In this document: positions 61,857 to 64,000 of the stretch, in pieces
How positions within the stretch are numbered: the first letter of the stretch is position 1
Layout: each line of letters starts with the position of its first letter
Source of the DNA: Felis catus
Taxonomy: Eukaryota
Direction: 5' to 3'
Assembly (NCBI RefSeq): GCF_018350175.1
Contig: NC_058368.1
Location: 130,326,001-130,390,000, forward strand
DNA length: 64,000 nt
Translations under genes and position numbers: made by a program
The notes under the pieces: model-generated
The model's database searches: none
What the model saw: the letters and a program-made list of their open reading frames with translations, nothing else
Told to the model about the DNA's origin: nothing

Positions 61857-62293
61857 TTTTTGTTTTTTTTTCAATATATGGAATTTATTGTCAAATTGGT
61901 TTCCATACAACACCCAGTGCTCATCCTAAAAGGTGCCCTCCTCAATACCCATCACCCACCCTCCACTCCCTCCCACCCCCCATCAACCCTCAGTTTGTTC
62001 TCAGTTTTTAAGAGTCTCTTACGCTTTGGCTCTCTTCCACTCTAACCTCTTTTTTTTTTTCCTTCCCCTCCCCCATGGGTTCCTGTTAAGTTTCTCAGGA
62101 TCCACATAAGAGTGAATACATATGGTATCTGTCTTTCACTGTATGGCTTATTTCACTTAGCATCACACTCTCCACTTCCATCCACGTTGCTACAAAGGGC
62201 CATATTTCGTTCTTTCTCATTGCCATGTAGTACTCCATTGTGTATATAAACCACAATGTCTTTATCCATTCATCAGTTGATGGACGTTTAGGC
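61857..62293 (-). mobile_element. 5'-truncated felid-type LINE-1
   Basis: Near-identical to the copy at 2674. TSD cggacatg(c/t)a(c/t)tttg at 61842-61856 and 62294-62308. Confidence 0.96.
62095..62293 (-). pseudogene. LINE-1 ORF2 C-terminal fragment
   Basis: Reads PKRPSTDEWIKTLWFIYTMEYYMAMRKNEIWPFVATWMEVESVMLSEIS...LLCGS*. Confidence 0.92.
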
Positions 62294-63152
62294 CGGACAT
62301 GTATTTTGAAACTACTAAGGAAATAGCCTAGGAAATGGGGTTGGTATTGATTGTATTTTGGAAATAAATAGTGGCACTTGTTTGCACCGCCATGAGGCAA
62401 TTGTGTACATCTCTTTCTAACACTGATACAAGTTGGTATCTTGGAATTGTTCAAGAGGGGATATTTACACTATGACGATTGGCACAGACCACAAATCAGG
62501 GCTTCAACTTTTGTTGTTGTTGAAAGCCAGTTATTGAATATTCACTGGAATGAAACTACAGTTTTAAATAAGTTAACATACTCTGGTTTTGGGGGCATTT
62601 ACAAGAAAAACTATCCTGCTGTACAAAAATAGATGTTTCTTTGTACCATGCTTGAGAATCATTGGTGAAGAAAAACTGTAGAGGCAGTTTAGGAAACAGA
62701 TGAGATGCATTTGAATGCAATTTAGTAATGGCTTCTAAAGCTGCCAAGGAAATTGCTGAGATAATTTTGGTGTGTGAAATATATTCATTAAGAAGAGTTA
62801 AAATTCACACTCTCAGCTTCCCTGACAGCAGGATGATGATTAATAGGAGGGCTAGAAGGATTGATATTTTCATGGAAACCTCTGGAAATCAGAGAGTTCC
62901 AAAGGCATCATTACTAGAGTTTGAAAAGTTTAAAAGGAAAAAAAAATGGCTAATTGGACGTGTGTTAATTTAATCTGTATATTTTAGGAGTAGTTGAACC
63001 ATATGTACTTAAGTGAAGACAAATGAGTTTAGGAACTTAGCACCAAAAACTGTGTCATGCCTGGTGGCTTCTATAGATTAAGTTGACTTTCCCCACCTAG
63101 AGAAGATCCAAAGACAACACTAAAACGTCCACTTTCTGAATGAGCAAGATTG

Positions 63153-63282
63153 CAGTACTTCTCAAATTTCAATATGTTTCTAGATCACCTGAAGGACCTT
63201 CTTAAAATTTAGGTTTTTACTGAGCAACTCTGGGGTGGGAGCTCTGCTATGGTCCCCAGAGCACATTCTGAAGAAGAAGGAC
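63153..63282. mobile_element. MER5B-like fragment
   Basis: cagtacttctcaaattt...atcacctg...ttaaaat...tctggggtggg...tggtcccc. Confidence 0.55.
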
Positions 63283-63846
63283 CTAGAAACGATTCACGGG
63301 ATGTGAGTGTGGAGACATTCCTGAGCTTGTGGCTTTCCCTCTTGCCTACCTTGCCCAGTGTAGAGACATTAACACGATTTGAAAGCTTTCCTATTTTCTA
63401 TTCTTCTACATTTGCTTTCAATTTGGATTTATTTAGCGGTTGCAAATAACAGTATTGTCCCTTGGAAATTCCTCCGGGATCACTCTTTGTAACATTTAAG
63501 CCTGTTTTTTTTTTTTTTTTTTTCCCCCTCTCTCTCTGTAATTCCACACAGCTTCCACTAGAGGTCATTGCCTTGTTACAGAATTATTTTCTTTCTTTCT
63601 CTAAGGTACTTTAGGGGCTGAGATGATTTTGCATTCTTTGGAGAAGGTTAGGGTCAGCCTAAAGGGCCATTTATCCCCAAGGCCATGAGTTTGCGTATAA
63701 TAGCAACTCCATCCCAAAATGGGAGCCTCTCTACCTCCTCCAGTCAGTGAATCTGCCAAAGATAGGCAGACTTTTTCAACTACCTGGAATGAATGAAGGA
63801 GAAAAGGACTGAAGCATGGCCAAAGTGTTACGAAGGTCATGTGCAG

Positions 63847-64000
63847 TGTACTGTGTTGCTGGGGCTGACATAATAAAGTACAGAACTGGTGATTTCAACA
63901 AGTGACATATGTTTTCTCACAGTTCTGGACGCTGGAATCTGAGATTAAGGCCTGCTGCAGGCCTCTCTCTTGGACCTCCTCCTGTGTCTTCTTACCATCT
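63847..64000 (-). mobile_element. MLT1/MaLR LTR running off the window end
   Basis: ggggctgacataataaagtac...ttctcacagttctggacgctggaatctgagattaagg. Confidence 0.75.

Noticed and set aside
62294..62454. N-terminal extension of the 119-aa ORF fused to the L1 ORF2 tail
   Set aside because: A chance open frame in flanking DNA beyond the TSD, with no evidence of expression.
1..64000. Prokaryote-style novel system (operon, defence island, retron)
   Set aside because: There is no gene-dense coding DNA; the content is typical carnivore non-coding sequence.

Overview
This is mammalian genomic DNA, not microbial. It is almost certainly from a cat-family (Felidae) genome: it carries 22 tRNA-derived carnivore SINEs (SINEC/CAN-SINE, three of a young felid-type form) and two 5'-truncated cat-type LINE-1 3' ends. 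I found no recognisable host protein-coding exon, rRNA, tRNA gene or CRISPR array. Nearly all supplied ORFs are chance ORFs or readings of SINEs and microsatellites. The only real protein remnants are two L1 ORF2 C-termini and a decayed ERV-L integrase/dUTPase with its MLT2 3' LTR. The window looks like a long intron or intergenic tract with layered, often nested transposon fossils (L2, MIR, MER5, MLT1, MLT2, MER21, old L1) and microsatellites. Leads worth checking are candidate frame-preserving + strand micro-exons (best: 21 nt at 37900-37920, with a UGC motif and a duplicated palindromic donor), two AG|GT recursive-splice-like motifs, an 18-kb SINE-free zone, close inverted SINE pairs, a MADE2-like dimer, a duplicated TCF/LEF site and non-B-DNA tracts. 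All are hypotheses; I cannot support a new biological system from this sequence. Repeat family names come from recalled consensus sequences, and boundaries of old repeats are approximate.
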